From assembly GCA_035650295.1 (NCBI GenBank), contig DASRHX010000677.1, forward strand, positions 1-48,625: a DNA stretch of 48,625 nucleotides, written 5' to 3'. This document shows, in pieces, positions 33,677 through 42,228 of the stretch. The notes beneath the pieces were generated by a model. It did no database searches, had not been told where the DNA came from, and saw only the letters and a program-made list of their open reading frames with translations. Origin of the DNA: Bryobacteraceae bacterium. Its GTDB lineage: Bacteria; Acidobacteriota; Terriglobia; Bryobacterales; Bryobacteraceae. The number at the start of each line of letters is the position of its first letter. Position 1 is the first letter of the stretch. Both the position numbers and the translations under genes were made by a program.

Positions 33677-36519
33677 GCAGCCGCCGTGTTCTGTTCCTGC
33701 CACGCCGCCAGTAGCAGGATGGCGAGGCGGTCATAGGCGACGGTCTTGCCGTCCGAGAGCTGCGGGCAGACATCGTGAACTTCTTCGGCGATGAGGCCTA
33801 ACTGTTCGTGATCGCTGCCGGTCAATAGCCGATACAAAATCGGGCGCAGGCGCGAGAGGATGTCTGACACTTTTGAGGGTGCGCCGGTCTCGCGTTTGAT
33901 AGCCCGCGAGGATGTGGCGTTAAACGCCGGTGCATTCACACCGGCCGAGGTGAAGGTCGCCGCGACTGTCGCGCCGGCGCTGATGCCAACGACGTTGGTT
34001 GTCGAGCGATACATACCGCTATCAGGGTCATTCTCGAACGCATATCCGGGCGCGGCAGCCGTGCCGTCCGCTCCCTGCATCGGCAAGCGCAGTGTATGAA
34101 CCGTGGTGGTCCAGCTCGCACGAAAGGTCCCACCGGTAGTTAGACGAAGGTCGTCGGCACCGCCCGAATAAAAACCGGTGTTGATGTCCGAGGAGAACGT
34201 ATACGAGGGCGCGCCGACGGTTCCATCGGCTCCGCGAATATTTACCGTGAGGGTCAGCGTGCCGGCCGAGAGGGTCACAACGCCCGTACCGCCAACGGCG
34301 AAACCTAGAACGCCGGTCCCGACGCGATACATGCCGAGATTTGTTTCGCCAGTGAACGAGTAGGTAGGCCCTGCGGGCGCACCGCCCGGGCCGCGAATCA
34401 CGCCGCCCGTGGTCACAACGCCCGTACCGAGAAAGGCGTACGTTGACGCGCTGCCAGTGAGATCGCCAAAACTGATGTCGGTAACGCCGACGCCAGTGCC
34501 GCGCGTCACGGTCAGAATATTGCGCGAGCCAGTGAGCGCATCATCGTAGGTTCGCAACGTCAATACTTTAGCGGCGATGCCGATGGCCCAATTTTTCTCA
34601 TCGGCCGCCCCATCCGTCTCACTGAAGCGGATGATGGGCGACGTGCTTGCGAAGGTGTGCGTCCCTGTCCACGTCGGCGCGATGGCCTGCGAGAGTGCCG
34701 GGGCACCATCGGAGCGCATGGCGGTCGTGGCGACACCGTTGACCGCCGCGAGCCCGATGGTGCTCGTCGGGTCGGCTACCGCTCCGCCGCTGCCTGAACT
34801 AGATAGAATGAATACGCAGTTAAGGTCCGCATTGTTAGGAAACGGCGTACCGAGAGAATTGATGTGCGTGACCGGCACCGACCACCATCCGGTGTTGTTA
34901 GTCGCGGGTGCCGCAACCTGAAAAACCACGGCCTTGCTCGCGTCGTTTCGCTGCTGGATGTAGATGCGGTTTCCGGCCTGCAAGAGCGACAGGATGGTAT
35001 TGGCGTCAAAATTGGTGAACGCCAGCGAGTTGACGTGCAGCGCCGTCGTCGTCGTAAACGCGGTGTTGTTGAAGGCGAGTTTTTGCGCGCCGGGCTGCGC
35101 GACCAGAATCGAGCTGTTGAAGTTGTAGCCGAGTTCAATCGCGCCGCCGCCCGGCGTGCGCCACGCGACCGGCAGTCCCGGACCTTGCGATGAGAGGACT
35201 TGCCCGGAGATACCTTCCACGCCTGCGGCTTGCATGAGGCCGGTGAAATTGGTGCCGCCGCGAAAAGTCACGAGGCCGGTGCCGAGGAAGTTATACGCCG
35301 GGTTACTGGTCGCGTTGCCGAAGTCAACGACCGTGATGTTTTGACTGTTGCGGGTGGCTTTAAGAAAGTTTGTGCCAACGGTGTCGGTGAAGTTCCACGC
35401 CGAGAAATTTAGCTCGCCGTCGTCGGCGTAGAGAAACCACTTGCGGTTGTCAGCGGTAACGTCCGATTCAAAAAGTAGAATTTGCGGGGCCGCACTGGTA
35501 ATGATAATTCCGCCCGGATGTCTAAACTCATGAAGTCCGGTCCACTGCGGTCCAATAGATTGATCGAGCGCGGGCGCGGCGTCCGCGCGCATACCGGCGG
35601 TGCTAACGCCGTTGACGGGTGTTAGGCCGACGAGTGCGGTGGGATTGGCGAGACCGCCTGCGCCCGGTGGGCCTTGTGGGCCTACGGGGCCGGTGATCGA
35701 AGTCCAGCTCGCCGGATCACTCGGGTCACTCGGATCGGTGAGAACGTAGACTTGTGGCGGCGTGCCCCATGTGGCGTACACGAGGCCAAGCGGCAGATCG
35801 TTAGTTAGGTCCCATTCATCGAATGCGGCTCCTATGTCGGCCTGTCCGCTGCCAAGATCAATTTCGGTGACGGAGTTGTAGCTGCGCGCGCGGATCGCCC
35901 ACCACTTCGCAGAAAACATGCCGTCATCGACCGCTTCGGGCCAGCCGGGCGGGGCGGGCAGCACCGGGCCGGTGAGTAGTTCGGCCCACTTGAAGGCCAT
36001 TTCCTCGTGCAGCTCCGCTTGCGCGACTGAGCCGGCGGTGTCGTTGGCGGCTTGCTGAGAGGCGAGCGCGGAGTCGGCGGACTCCCCGGCTGACAACGCC
36101 GCTGCGTTCGCCGCGTCCTGCGCGATGCTCTGCGAGGCGCCGGCCATCGCGGCGGCGCCGGAGGCTTCCGCTGCGGAAATGTCGGCCGCGTCGGCAGAGG
36201 CATCCGCTGCGGCGGCTGATCCAGCGGCAGCGGATGCGGAGGCAGCAGCAGCAGCTGCGGCAGTTTCTGCGTCGGCGGTGATGCCGTCCGCGATGCCATC
36301 AAGCAGGCCGTCTTGGATCTGGTCTTCGCCAACAGAATCGTTGGCGAGCGCACCATCGGCGCGCTGAATGAGCGCGAGGTTATCTTGCGTCGCGGTGAGC
36401 GCGTTCGATACGTCATCGAACTCGGTATCGAGCGACACGCCGGGCTTGGGCTGCCCTGGGTTGGCCGCTTCCCAGTCGGTAAACGAAAACGACCGTTCGT
36501 AGGTCGGAGGGTAAGCCAT
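33673..36519 (-). CDS. Tail fibre with C-terminal intramolecular chaperone (peptidase S74) domain
   Basis: Start set to ATG 36519 (GGAG SD). N-terminus YPPTYERSFSFTDWEAANPGQP...LDTEFDDVSNAL is typical of phage fibres, followed by a long Gly/Thr/Ala-rich shaft. Confidence 0.85.
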   Translation of the reverse strand: MAYPPTYERSFSFTDWEAANPGQPKPGVSLDTEFDDVSNALTATQDNLALIQRADGALANDSVGEDQIQDGLLDGIADGITADAETAAAAAAASASAAAGSAAAADASADAADISAAEASGAAAMAGASQSIAQDAANAAALSAGESADSALASQQAANDTAGSVAQAELHEEMAFKWAELLTGPVLPAPPGWPEAVDDGMFSAKWWAIRARSYNSVTEIDLGSGQADIGAAFDEWDLTNDLPLGLVYATWGTPPQVYVLTDPSDPSDPASWTSITGPVGPQGPPGAGGLANPTALVGLTPVNGVSTAGMRADAAPALDQSIGPQWTGLHEFRHPGGIIITSAAPQILLFESDVTADNRKWFLYADDGELNFSAWNFTDTVGTNFLKATRNSQNITVVDFGNATSNPAYNFLGTGLVTFRGGTNFTGLMQAAGVEGISGQVLSSQGPGLPVAWRTPGGGAIELGYNFNSSILVAQPGAQKLAFNNTAFTTTTALHVNSLAFTNFDANTILSLLQAGNRIYIQQRNDASKAVVFQVAAPATNNTGWWSVPVTHINSLGTPFPNNADLNCVFILSSSGSGGAVADPTSTIGLAAVNGVATTAMRSDGAPALSQAIAPTWTGTHTFASTSPIIRFSETDGAADEKNWAIGIAAKVLTLRTYDDALTGSRNILTVTRGTGVGVTDISFGDLTGSASTYAFLGTGVVTTGGVIRGPGGAPAGPTYSFTGETNLGMYRVGTGVLGFAVGGTGVVTLSAGTLTLTVNIRGADGTVGAPSYTFSSDINTGFYSGGADDLRLTTGGTFRASWTTTVHTLRLPMQGADGTAAAPGYAFENDPDSGMYRSTTNVVGISAGATVAATFTSAGVNAPAFNATSSRAIKRETGAPSKVSDILSRLRPILYRLLTGSDHEQLGLIAEEVHDVCPQLSDGKTVAYDRLAILLLAAWQEQNTAAA
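33676..33912 (-). other. S74 intramolecular chaperone auto-cleavage domain of the fibre
   Basis: SSRAIKRE...ILSRLRPILYRLL...EQLGLIAEEVHDVCPQL...VAYDRLAILLLAAWQEQ. Confidence 0.8.
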
Positions 36520-36591
36520 CGCGACTCCACTCCACACCAACACCTGAGCCCCGCGCGCACGTATACGACACGCGCCGACAGAAGTCTATCG

Positions 36592-36861
36592 TCACCAGTA
36601 ATACTTGTGCGGCTTGCGGTTGTCTGGCCAGCGCCAGTGATCCTCGAGCCCGCGTTCAACGAGGTGTTCGAGATGGTTGGACACGCGGCGGGCAGGGCGC
36701 GTCATCATTTCGCGAATCCAGTAGCCGGGCTCGTTCATGCACTGACGGTCATAGCCGCGCCACGGCCGGCGCAGATACTTGAGCGACATGTGTTGCAGGA
36801 GAATGTTGAGCTTGCGCACGCGCGCGACCGCCTGCTGATGGCGGCGGATGGACCGAGACAT
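36592..36861 (-). CDS. Basic hypothetical protein
   Basis: Start set to ATG 36861 (GGAGG SD); 89 aa ending KPHKYYW. Confidence 0.5.
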   Translation of the reverse strand: MSRSIRRHQQAVARVRKLNILLQHMSLKYLRRPWRGYDRQCMNEPGYWIREMMTRPARRVSNHLEHLVERGLEDHWRWPDNRKPHKYYW

Positions 36862-36881
36862 AGAAACCTCCGTGGAAGTAC

Positions 36882-37211
36882 CTATGGCATTGGCTCGTCC
36901 TCCGGCGGATTGGCCGGCGCTGGCCATTCACCTGACACCTGACCGCCCTTGTTCTCGTCAGCATCGCCAAAGGCTTTCTCAAGCTCATCGTCCATCTTCG
37001 TTTTGTCCTCTTGCGTGAGGAAATCGAAGATCGACTTGTCTTCGTGGCCGGCGATCATCGCTTGGAAATCGTGCAGCTCTGAGTCGAAGTGCTCGATCGA
37101 AAAGTAAACGCCATAGTGCAACTGCATGTGCGTTGCGACTTCCCCGATGGTGGCGAGCCCCATGATGTAGCCGGCCTCGGCCATGTCCTTGAGCGTGATA
37201 ATTTTAATCAT
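36882..37211 (-). CDS. Hypothetical acidic protein
   Basis: ATGA overlap with the SLOG gene stop; 109 aa. Confidence 0.55.
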   Translation of the reverse strand: MIKIITLKDMAEAGYIMGLATIGEVATHMQLHYGVYFSIEHFDSELHDFQAMIAGHEDKSIFDFLTQEDKTKMDDELEKAFGDADENKGGQVSGEWPAPANPPEDEPMP

Positions 37212-37555
37212 CCCAAAACCTCCAGCACTTTCACTCCGGCGCTGCGCGCGCGACGCACCATGTCTGCCGTCCCATCGCCGCCGGGGAAGGCGACGACGAT
37301 ATCGGGCTTGCCTTCAGTCAACATGCGCTTATTGCGCATCGGGCCTGCGGCAAAACCGTAGTTGCTCCAGTCAGCCCAGAAGGTGTCGTGCTGCACACCG
37401 CGCGTGGCCGCCCAGGCGCTCGCGTGCGAATCCACGCCAGTCGCGCCGCCTTCGATCAACCAGTCGAAGTGGTGTTCGGCGTGCAGCACGTCCAAATCCC
37501 GAAATATCTTCTCGCGGTCTGCAAAATGCCGACTGCCGCACACCAGCACCTTCAT
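37208..37555 (-). CDS. SLOG-superfamily protein, DUF2493-like
   Basis: KVLVCGSRHFADREKIFRDLD...LIEGGATGVDSHASAWAATRGV...WADWSNYGFAAGPMRNKRML...PDIVVAFPGGDGTADMVRRARSAGVKV matches the DUF2493 pattern as I recall it. Confidence 0.7.
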   Translation of the reverse strand: MKVLVCGSRHFADREKIFRDLDVLHAEHHFDWLIEGGATGVDSHASAWAATRGVQHDTFWADWSNYGFAAGPMRNKRMLTEGKPDIVVAFPGGDGTADMVRRARSAGVKVLEVLG

Positions 37556-37731
37556 CGCAATGGGTCCGCATCACGCCATTCCCAGCCGAACACCCAGCGC
37601 ATCGCGAGCCGATGCAGCCAGTGCGGGCGCTTGGGCATCTGCACGCCCAAGCCCACATGCACGCCGCCAATCCAGTACGCGCCCGCCGGCTTCGCAAATT
37701 CGGCAAATTTGAGTGGTTCAGGCTCGCTCAT
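37552..37731 (-). CDS. 59-aa Trp-rich small protein (not in ORF track)
   Basis: Hand translation MSEPEPLKFAEFAKPAGAYWIGGVHVGLGVQMPKRPHWLHRLAMRWVFGWEWRDADPLR. Abuts the upstream stop (TAGATG) and is ATGA-coupled downstream. Confidence 0.5.
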   Translation of the reverse strand: MSEPEPLKFAEFAKPAGAYWIGGVHVGLGVQMPKRPHWLHRLAMRWVFGWEWRDADPLR

Positions 37732-39249
37732 CTATCTACCTAAAACGTAAAAATACTGATCGATGGTCCAGGCGCGAAGTTTGCTGTAGCCGATTTTTGA
37801 GCTGCCGTCAGCGAATGTGCCCGAGAGCACAACGTCATCGCGGTCCGCGCCTAACGGGATCGGTGCATGATAGTCGGAGCCCGGATTTTTCGGGTCAATA
37901 GTTTCGTCCGGCACATCGGGCCACCCGCCCGCATCCTCGACCGAATCAATGAATTGTGAGGAGGTCGAAACGTCGCCCCGGATGCGCGCGTCGATTTGAT
38001 CCATGACCTTGTTGACGCCGCCCTTGTAGCGATAGCGGCGCGCGGGCATACAACCGACCGTCGTGCGGATCAGTTGCGCGAAGGCGAGCAATTCCTGTAC
38101 GCGTGGGTTCAACGGATCGGCACACGGCCTGAGCACCCCATCGTAGTTGAACCCCATGCCGAGCGGCCACGCGCCACGGCGCAACGTCGGGCGTAGATAG
38201 TCCGATGGGTGCGAGGTAATCATGCCCTCCTGTGAGTCGGGCTGCGGCCAGCCGAACACGGTATTGAACGCGAGATGCCCGCTTGAGCCGGGAGTGACAG
38301 TGCCGACCTTGGCGAAAATAATCTCACTACCCTGGTTCGGCCCCTTCACCGACACGTTGCCCACCGCGTTGCACTGCATGGTGCGATCCGCTTGCGCGTT
38401 CCAGTCGCCGTTATCACTGATGTTGAGCGCCTCACCGCGCCCGATGCTGGGCCGCCCGTGGTTGTAGTGCAGGTTGTTGATATGCGCGTGATTGGGTGCC
38501 GCGACGAACGGGTTACGATCGGTCGTGTGCGCGTAGAGTGATTGCATCGATAGCGAGTAGTCAGCCTTGCCCGTGATGATGGGACCAAAACCGTGATCCT
38601 CGCCTTCCTCGTGATCGCCCGACGCGAAGCCTTCCGGGTGGTGCAGCGGGTCATACGCCGCGCCGCGTATCCATGAGGTGCCTTCTTGCTCGTACCAAAT
38701 TTCCACCGCCTCATCCATCGAGAAACGCGCCTCGCAGTTAATGAACGCGACCCGGCCAACGTCGCCGCCATCAGAGCCTGCTTGCAACGCGTCGCGCTGA
38801 TCGGATTTGAATTTGCCCGATTCGGCCGAAGGCTTGTCGCCGACCCACGAGGGTAGGTGCCAGATGCGCGAGTTGGAGCCTTGCACGCGTAGCGATGCCG
38901 TTTGTACGAAAAGACCCGCGCCCGGCGCGGCGTGCCCGATGTAATCGAAGTTCTCTCGCTTGGGTGCATTCATGGCGCGCCCGAGGTGTACGTACCCGCC
39001 CACCAGCGGAATGATCCACTTGGAAAAATCCTCGCCCTGATCCGCATACCAGCAATACCAGAACGTGCCCGAATAACAGTTAGGCCCGCGCGCAGAATCG
39101 CTCCCGCCCTCATTGTTGCTCTTGGTCGAGGTGACGAAATAAATTTTCGAGGGCTTGTCGCCGTTGCTCACATCCATCGCAGGGCCGCCGACGCCGGGCA
39201 GTGCGGATAGGTAGGGCGTGGATTGATAGGGCCAGCGCTGAAAGTTCAT
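37732..39249 (-). CDS. Pectate-lyase-fold (parallel beta-helix) polysaccharide lyase candidate
   Basis: Start set to ATG 39249 (GGGAG SD). TDRNPFVAAPNHAHINNLHYNHG resembles the R.P....G..H..NN.Y signature of pectate lyases. The functional call is tentative. Confidence 0.45.
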   Translation of the reverse strand: MNFQRWPYQSTPYLSALPGVGGPAMDVSNGDKPSKIYFVTSTKSNNEGGSDSARGPNCYSGTFWYCWYADQGEDFSKWIIPLVGGYVHLGRAMNAPKRENFDYIGHAAPGAGLFVQTASLRVQGSNSRIWHLPSWVGDKPSAESGKFKSDQRDALQAGSDGGDVGRVAFINCEARFSMDEAVEIWYEQEGTSWIRGAAYDPLHHPEGFASGDHEEGEDHGFGPIITGKADYSLSMQSLYAHTTDRNPFVAAPNHAHINNLHYNHGRPSIGRGEALNISDNGDWNAQADRTMQCNAVGNVSVKGPNQGSEIIFAKVGTVTPGSSGHLAFNTVFGWPQPDSQEGMITSHPSDYLRPTLRRGAWPLGMGFNYDGVLRPCADPLNPRVQELLAFAQLIRTTVGCMPARRYRYKGGVNKVMDQIDARIRGDVSTSSQFIDSVEDAGGWPDVPDETIDPKNPGSDYHAPIPLGADRDDVVLSGTFADGSSKIGYSKLRAWTIDQYFYVLGR

Positions 39250-39265
39250 ATGTTTAACTCCCGAA

Positions 39266-39436
39266 TTAGTTTGATCGCCGTGCATTCACCACGCACCACG
39301 CCGCGCCGGCATATAGCAGTGCCGAACATAGGGTCCACCCGGCGACCCACCACGCCGATGCGTCAACAAAAAACGCGCATAGGGCATTCTGCGCGAACAG
39401 CGTGCCGCCCACCCCGTAGCACTCCGCGCGTCGCAT
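39266..39436 (-). CDS. 56-aa hydrophobic peptide (not in ORF track)
   Basis: Hand translation MRRAECYGVGGTLFAQNALCAFFVDASAWWVAGWTLCSALLYAGAAWCVVNARRSN; weak GGGA SD. Confidence 0.35.
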   Translation of the reverse strand: MRRAECYGVGGTLFAQNALCAFFVDASAWWVAGWTLCSALLYAGAAWCVVNARRSN

Positions 39437-39441
39437 CCCGT

Positions 39442-39750
39442 TCACTGCTGCCAGCTACTCGGCACGTGCGGCTCCCACTCCATCTCGTGCAGGTTCTTGC
39501 TGCTCATGTACGCATTGACTTCAAGGGCGAGCAGGCTGGTTAAAAAGTTCACGTCCTCCTCGCTGTAGCCCGAGGATCGAAAGTGCGTGAGTAGTCTGAG
39601 CACGAGACTCGCGCCAGAGAAAAAAGACGCCTTCGGAATCTCTTTCGCGGGCAGCTTGCTCTGTTCGCGAAATGACTGAAAGCCTGAGTCGATGAAGTCC
39701 GCCAGCTCGCAGAGCACGCGGACGTTCTGCTGTTCAGGATGGATCATCAT
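39442..39750 (-). CDS. Hypothetical protein
   Basis: Start set to ATG 39750 (GGGAGGGG SD). Confidence 0.5.
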   Translation of the reverse strand: MMIHPEQQNVRVLCELADFIDSGFQSFREQSKLPAKEIPKASFFSGASLVLRLLTHFRSSGYSEEDVNFLTSLLALEVNAYMSSKNLHEMEWEPHVPSSWQQ

Positions 39751-39766
39751 GGCCCCTCCCTGGGAT

Positions 39767-40045
39767 TCACGCGTTGCCGGATTTCTCGTGTTCGGGCGCC
39801 GGCGTCGTGTTGAACTCCGCGACCTCCACGCCCAACACCTCACGCACCATCAAGCGCGCGGCGTCCTCCATCATCGAGCGGTACGTCGCCCACAGCTCCG
39901 GGCTCGCATCGAGCAGCGTGCGGCGCACCGTTGCCAGCAGCTCCGCGCTCTCCATCGTTCCCTGCTGCGCCAAGTAGCAGCGCACGAATTCGCCTTCTGA
40001 GCGAAACGCCAGACGGAAAGGGGAGACCAACTCCTTCGCGCTCAT
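39767..40045 (-). CDS. Hypothetical protein
   Basis: ATGA overlap with the upstream gene. Confidence 0.5.
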   Translation of the reverse strand: MSAKELVSPFRLAFRSEGEFVRCYLAQQGTMESAELLATVRRTLLDASPELWATYRSMMEDAARLMVREVLGVEVAEFNTTPAPEHEKSGNA

Positions 40046-40398
40046 GCGTTCACGTCTTCGGCGCGCGCCGGCGCATCGCCTTCCAGAAACGGAAATTCCT
40101 CTTTCGGCGCCGCGCCTTCCTCTGGCGCAGTGACGCTAAGCGGCGGGCCGAAAATCGCCAGCGCATTACCCGGATCGTTCGTCTCCATGACTTTGCGTGC
40201 GCGGCGCAACTGGTCGCGCTCATCGGAGGAAAGCGCCTCAGTTGGCGCGGGCGGTGTCGCCGCCTCGCGCACCTGGGCGCGCAACCGATACAGCTCCTCG
40301 CGCTCATCGAGTGAGAGTCGTGGCGCCCCCTTTCTTGCCTTCTTGATCGGCACGGGCCGCGCCGGCCGTTTCACGGGCCTGTGTTTCGCCTTTTTCAT
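40042..40398 (-). CDS. Hypothetical protein with basic N-terminus
   Basis: 118-aa ORF in operon. Confidence 0.5.
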   Translation of the reverse strand: MKKAKHRPVKRPARPVPIKKARKGAPRLSLDEREELYRLRAQVREAATPPAPTEALSSDERDQLRRARKVMETNDPGNALAIFGPPLSVTAPEEGAAPKEEFPFLEGDAPARAEDVNA

Positions 40399-40408
40399 AA
40401 CCGCCTCG

Positions 40409-40615
40409 CTAGTGATCGTTGTCGAGTTCTATGCCGGCCTCATCGAGCTGGCGCTTCATGTCCCCTTCGGTGCGACCGTAGAAAATCACGACGCTGCCGC
40501 CTTCAAGACCCAGGTCCTTCAAATCAATGCTGATCGGTTTGCCTTCCATCAGATATTCGATGTTCTTCGCCGACAGGCCGAACACCAGCCTGTCACCCGC
40601 CCTCGCTTTGAGCAT
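40409..40615 (-). CDS. Hypothetical protein
   Basis: The start abuts the upstream stop (TGAATG). Confidence 0.5.
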   Translation of the reverse strand: MLKARAGDRLVFGLSAKNIEYLMEGKPISIDLKDLGLEGGSVVIFYGRTEGDMKRQLDEAGIELDNDH

Positions 40616-40864
40616 TCAACTTTCCTCGATGTCTGCAATAATTTTGCGTATGCGGCCCGCCAAGCTCTCCAACAGGCGCGCCAGATCGATCATGTCGTCG
40701 CGCTCCTTGGCGCTGTCAGCCACGTCGAGCAGTGCATCGACGATGGCCGATAAGTCCCAGCCGCCCAACTTCTCGCCGTCGACGATGAGCTGAAGATCCC
40801 AGTCCTCACCGAAGGTCAGCGTGCTCTCTTCGAGCAGCGCGAGCAGTTCATCCAGATCGCTCAT
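40616..40864 (-). CDS. Acidic hypothetical protein
   Basis: ATGA overlap with the upstream gene; Asp/Glu/Leu-rich. Confidence 0.5.
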   Translation of the reverse strand: MSDLDELLALLEESTLTFGEDWDLQLIVDGEKLGGWDLSAIVDALLDVADSAKERDDMIDLARLLESLAGRIRKIIADIEES

Positions 40865-41163
40865 AACCCGCCCCTGTCGGCAAGATCCTGAACAATCTGC
40901 GCCACTTCCGCCGAGTCGAAATCCTCGTTAACTTCCGGCAGAACCCGTTTTCTCCACAGCGGCCTGCCAATGGTTTGCTGACGCAGCGCGTAGACGGCGA
41001 GCACGCGCGGCACCACGGATCGCTTGAACAAAAATCTCCCCGTGCGTGTGCGCGCGTGATCGATGTAGCGATGTGCCGCGTAACCTCGGATGGTCGCGCC
41101 GCACAGGCCCGTCAAGCGGCCAACCGCCTCGGCGCTCAAGCTGTAGCGCTCCTTGGCGCTCAC
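40861..41163 (-). CDS. Excisionase/MerR-type HTH protein
   Basis: GTG start 41163 in a GTGA overlap; YSLSAEAVGRLTGLCGATIRGYAAHRYI...GRFLFKRSVVPRVL. Confidence 0.5.
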   Translation of the reverse strand: MSAKERYSLSAEAVGRLTGLCGATIRGYAAHRYIDHARTRTGRFLFKRSVVPRVLAVYALRQQTIGRPLWRKRVLPEVNEDFDSAEVAQIVQDLADRGGL

Positions 41164-41354
41164 TCGGCCCCTCCGGCAGCCTCGATGGCCTTCTTGCCAG
41201 CCTGGATCGCTTCCCACGGCTGGCCGGACTCGGAGGGGTAGAAGGGCTTCTCGGCGTGCATGGTCTTGGCGATCAACATCGCGAACAGCCGGTCTATCGC
41301 CTCGTGCTGTGCGATGCAGGCGGCTAACAACTGCTGATTAATTTCATCACTCAT
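41160..41354 (-). CDS. Hypothetical protein
   Basis: 64-aa ORF overlapping its neighbours by a few nt. Confidence 0.45.
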   Translation of the reverse strand: MSDEINQQLLAACIAQHEAIDRLFAMLIAKTMHAEKPFYPSESGQPWEAIQAGKKAIEAAGGAE

Positions 41355-41565
41355 TGGCTACAGCCCCCGGAGCTTCTGGCTGCGCCAGACTCGCCTTCTG
41401 CTTTGCAGTGGAGAGAGCCTGACGATACGGAGCGCACTCCTCACACGGCTCGTAGGGCGGACCACCATCCATGTCCCAGGTGATCTGAAGGCCTGAGCCA
41501 CCGCAGCGACAGCGTTTGACCGCGAGGCGCAGGGCGTCGATCAGGATGGCATTGGGGTTTGGCAT
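41347..41565 (-). CDS. Small Cys-containing protein (CxC...CxxC)
   Basis: 72 aa; no SD, possibly leaderless. Confidence 0.45.
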   Translation of the reverse strand: MPNPNAILIDALRLAVKRCRCGGSGLQITWDMDGGPPYEPCEECAPYRQALSTAKQKASLAQPEAPGAVANE

Positions 41566-41590
41566 CGCGGGGTAGATAGAAATTTTAGGA

Positions 41591-41627
41591 GGGGGTCGAA
41601 AATAGAAACTCAGCGCCGAGGCGGCGC
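41591..41627 (-). terminator. Weak candidate terminator after the first leftward gene
   Basis: On the minus strand GCGCC-GCCUC-GGCGC, then UGAGUUUCUAUUUUCG. Confidence 0.3.
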
Positions 41628-41733
41628 GGCGGCCGGGGGCGCGGCTCGTTGACTGCCGGGCGGCGCTGCCGTTCGGACCATGTGCCTAGCAGGCATGTGG
41701 ACGGGGCACGTAAGGCATTGACGCGCCGACACT

Positions 41734-42228
41734 TCACGACGCGAGAGTCCTGCCGCCTGCCCGCTGTCTGGCAACCCTGGTATCAAGTTCGGCGCGTGTT
41801 GCCTCGATGAGCGCTGACAGTTCGGTGACCGTGAGCTCACGGACAGACTTGACCGGCGGCGAGTGGTCGCGCTTCAGATCGCCGGACACCTCCAACGCAG
41901 TGCGGACGGCAAGCACCTGGGCGCGAAGATCCGTGTGATCGCGGCTGACAAGTTGTTCCAGTTTCACCAAGGCCCGCTTCCCAAGCCGCTGAGCCCTTTC
42001 CCTTCCGGCAAGTTCAACAGCCTGCCGCGTGTCAGGGTCACGGCAGAACGACGCACAGTCACGCTGCGATGCGAAGCCGCACTTCTGCCGGATGTAGCTT
42101 TGCGAGCAGCCGGCCGCGAGCAGCGTCACGGCGAGTTCGTGATCAGGTTCGCCGGCAACCTGGGCGGACTCATTGCCGGCCAAGTCATCCGGCCAAAGCG
42201 TTTCAAGTTCGTTCTCTGTAGCCGTCAT
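41734..42228 (-). CDS. First gene of leftward operon: HTH protein, small-terminase-like or regulator
   Basis: LLAAGCSQSYIRQKCGFASQRDCASFCRDPDTRQAVE resembles the HTH of small terminase / regulatory proteins. Lies 9 kb from terL, so the function is uncertain. Confidence 0.35.
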   Translation of the reverse strand: MTATENELETLWPDDLAGNESAQVAGEPDHELAVTLLAAGCSQSYIRQKCGFASQRDCASFCRDPDTRQAVELAGRERAQRLGKRALVKLEQLVSRDHTDLRAQVLAVRTALEVSGDLKRDHSPPVKSVRELTVTELSALIEATRAELDTRVARQRAGGRTLAS

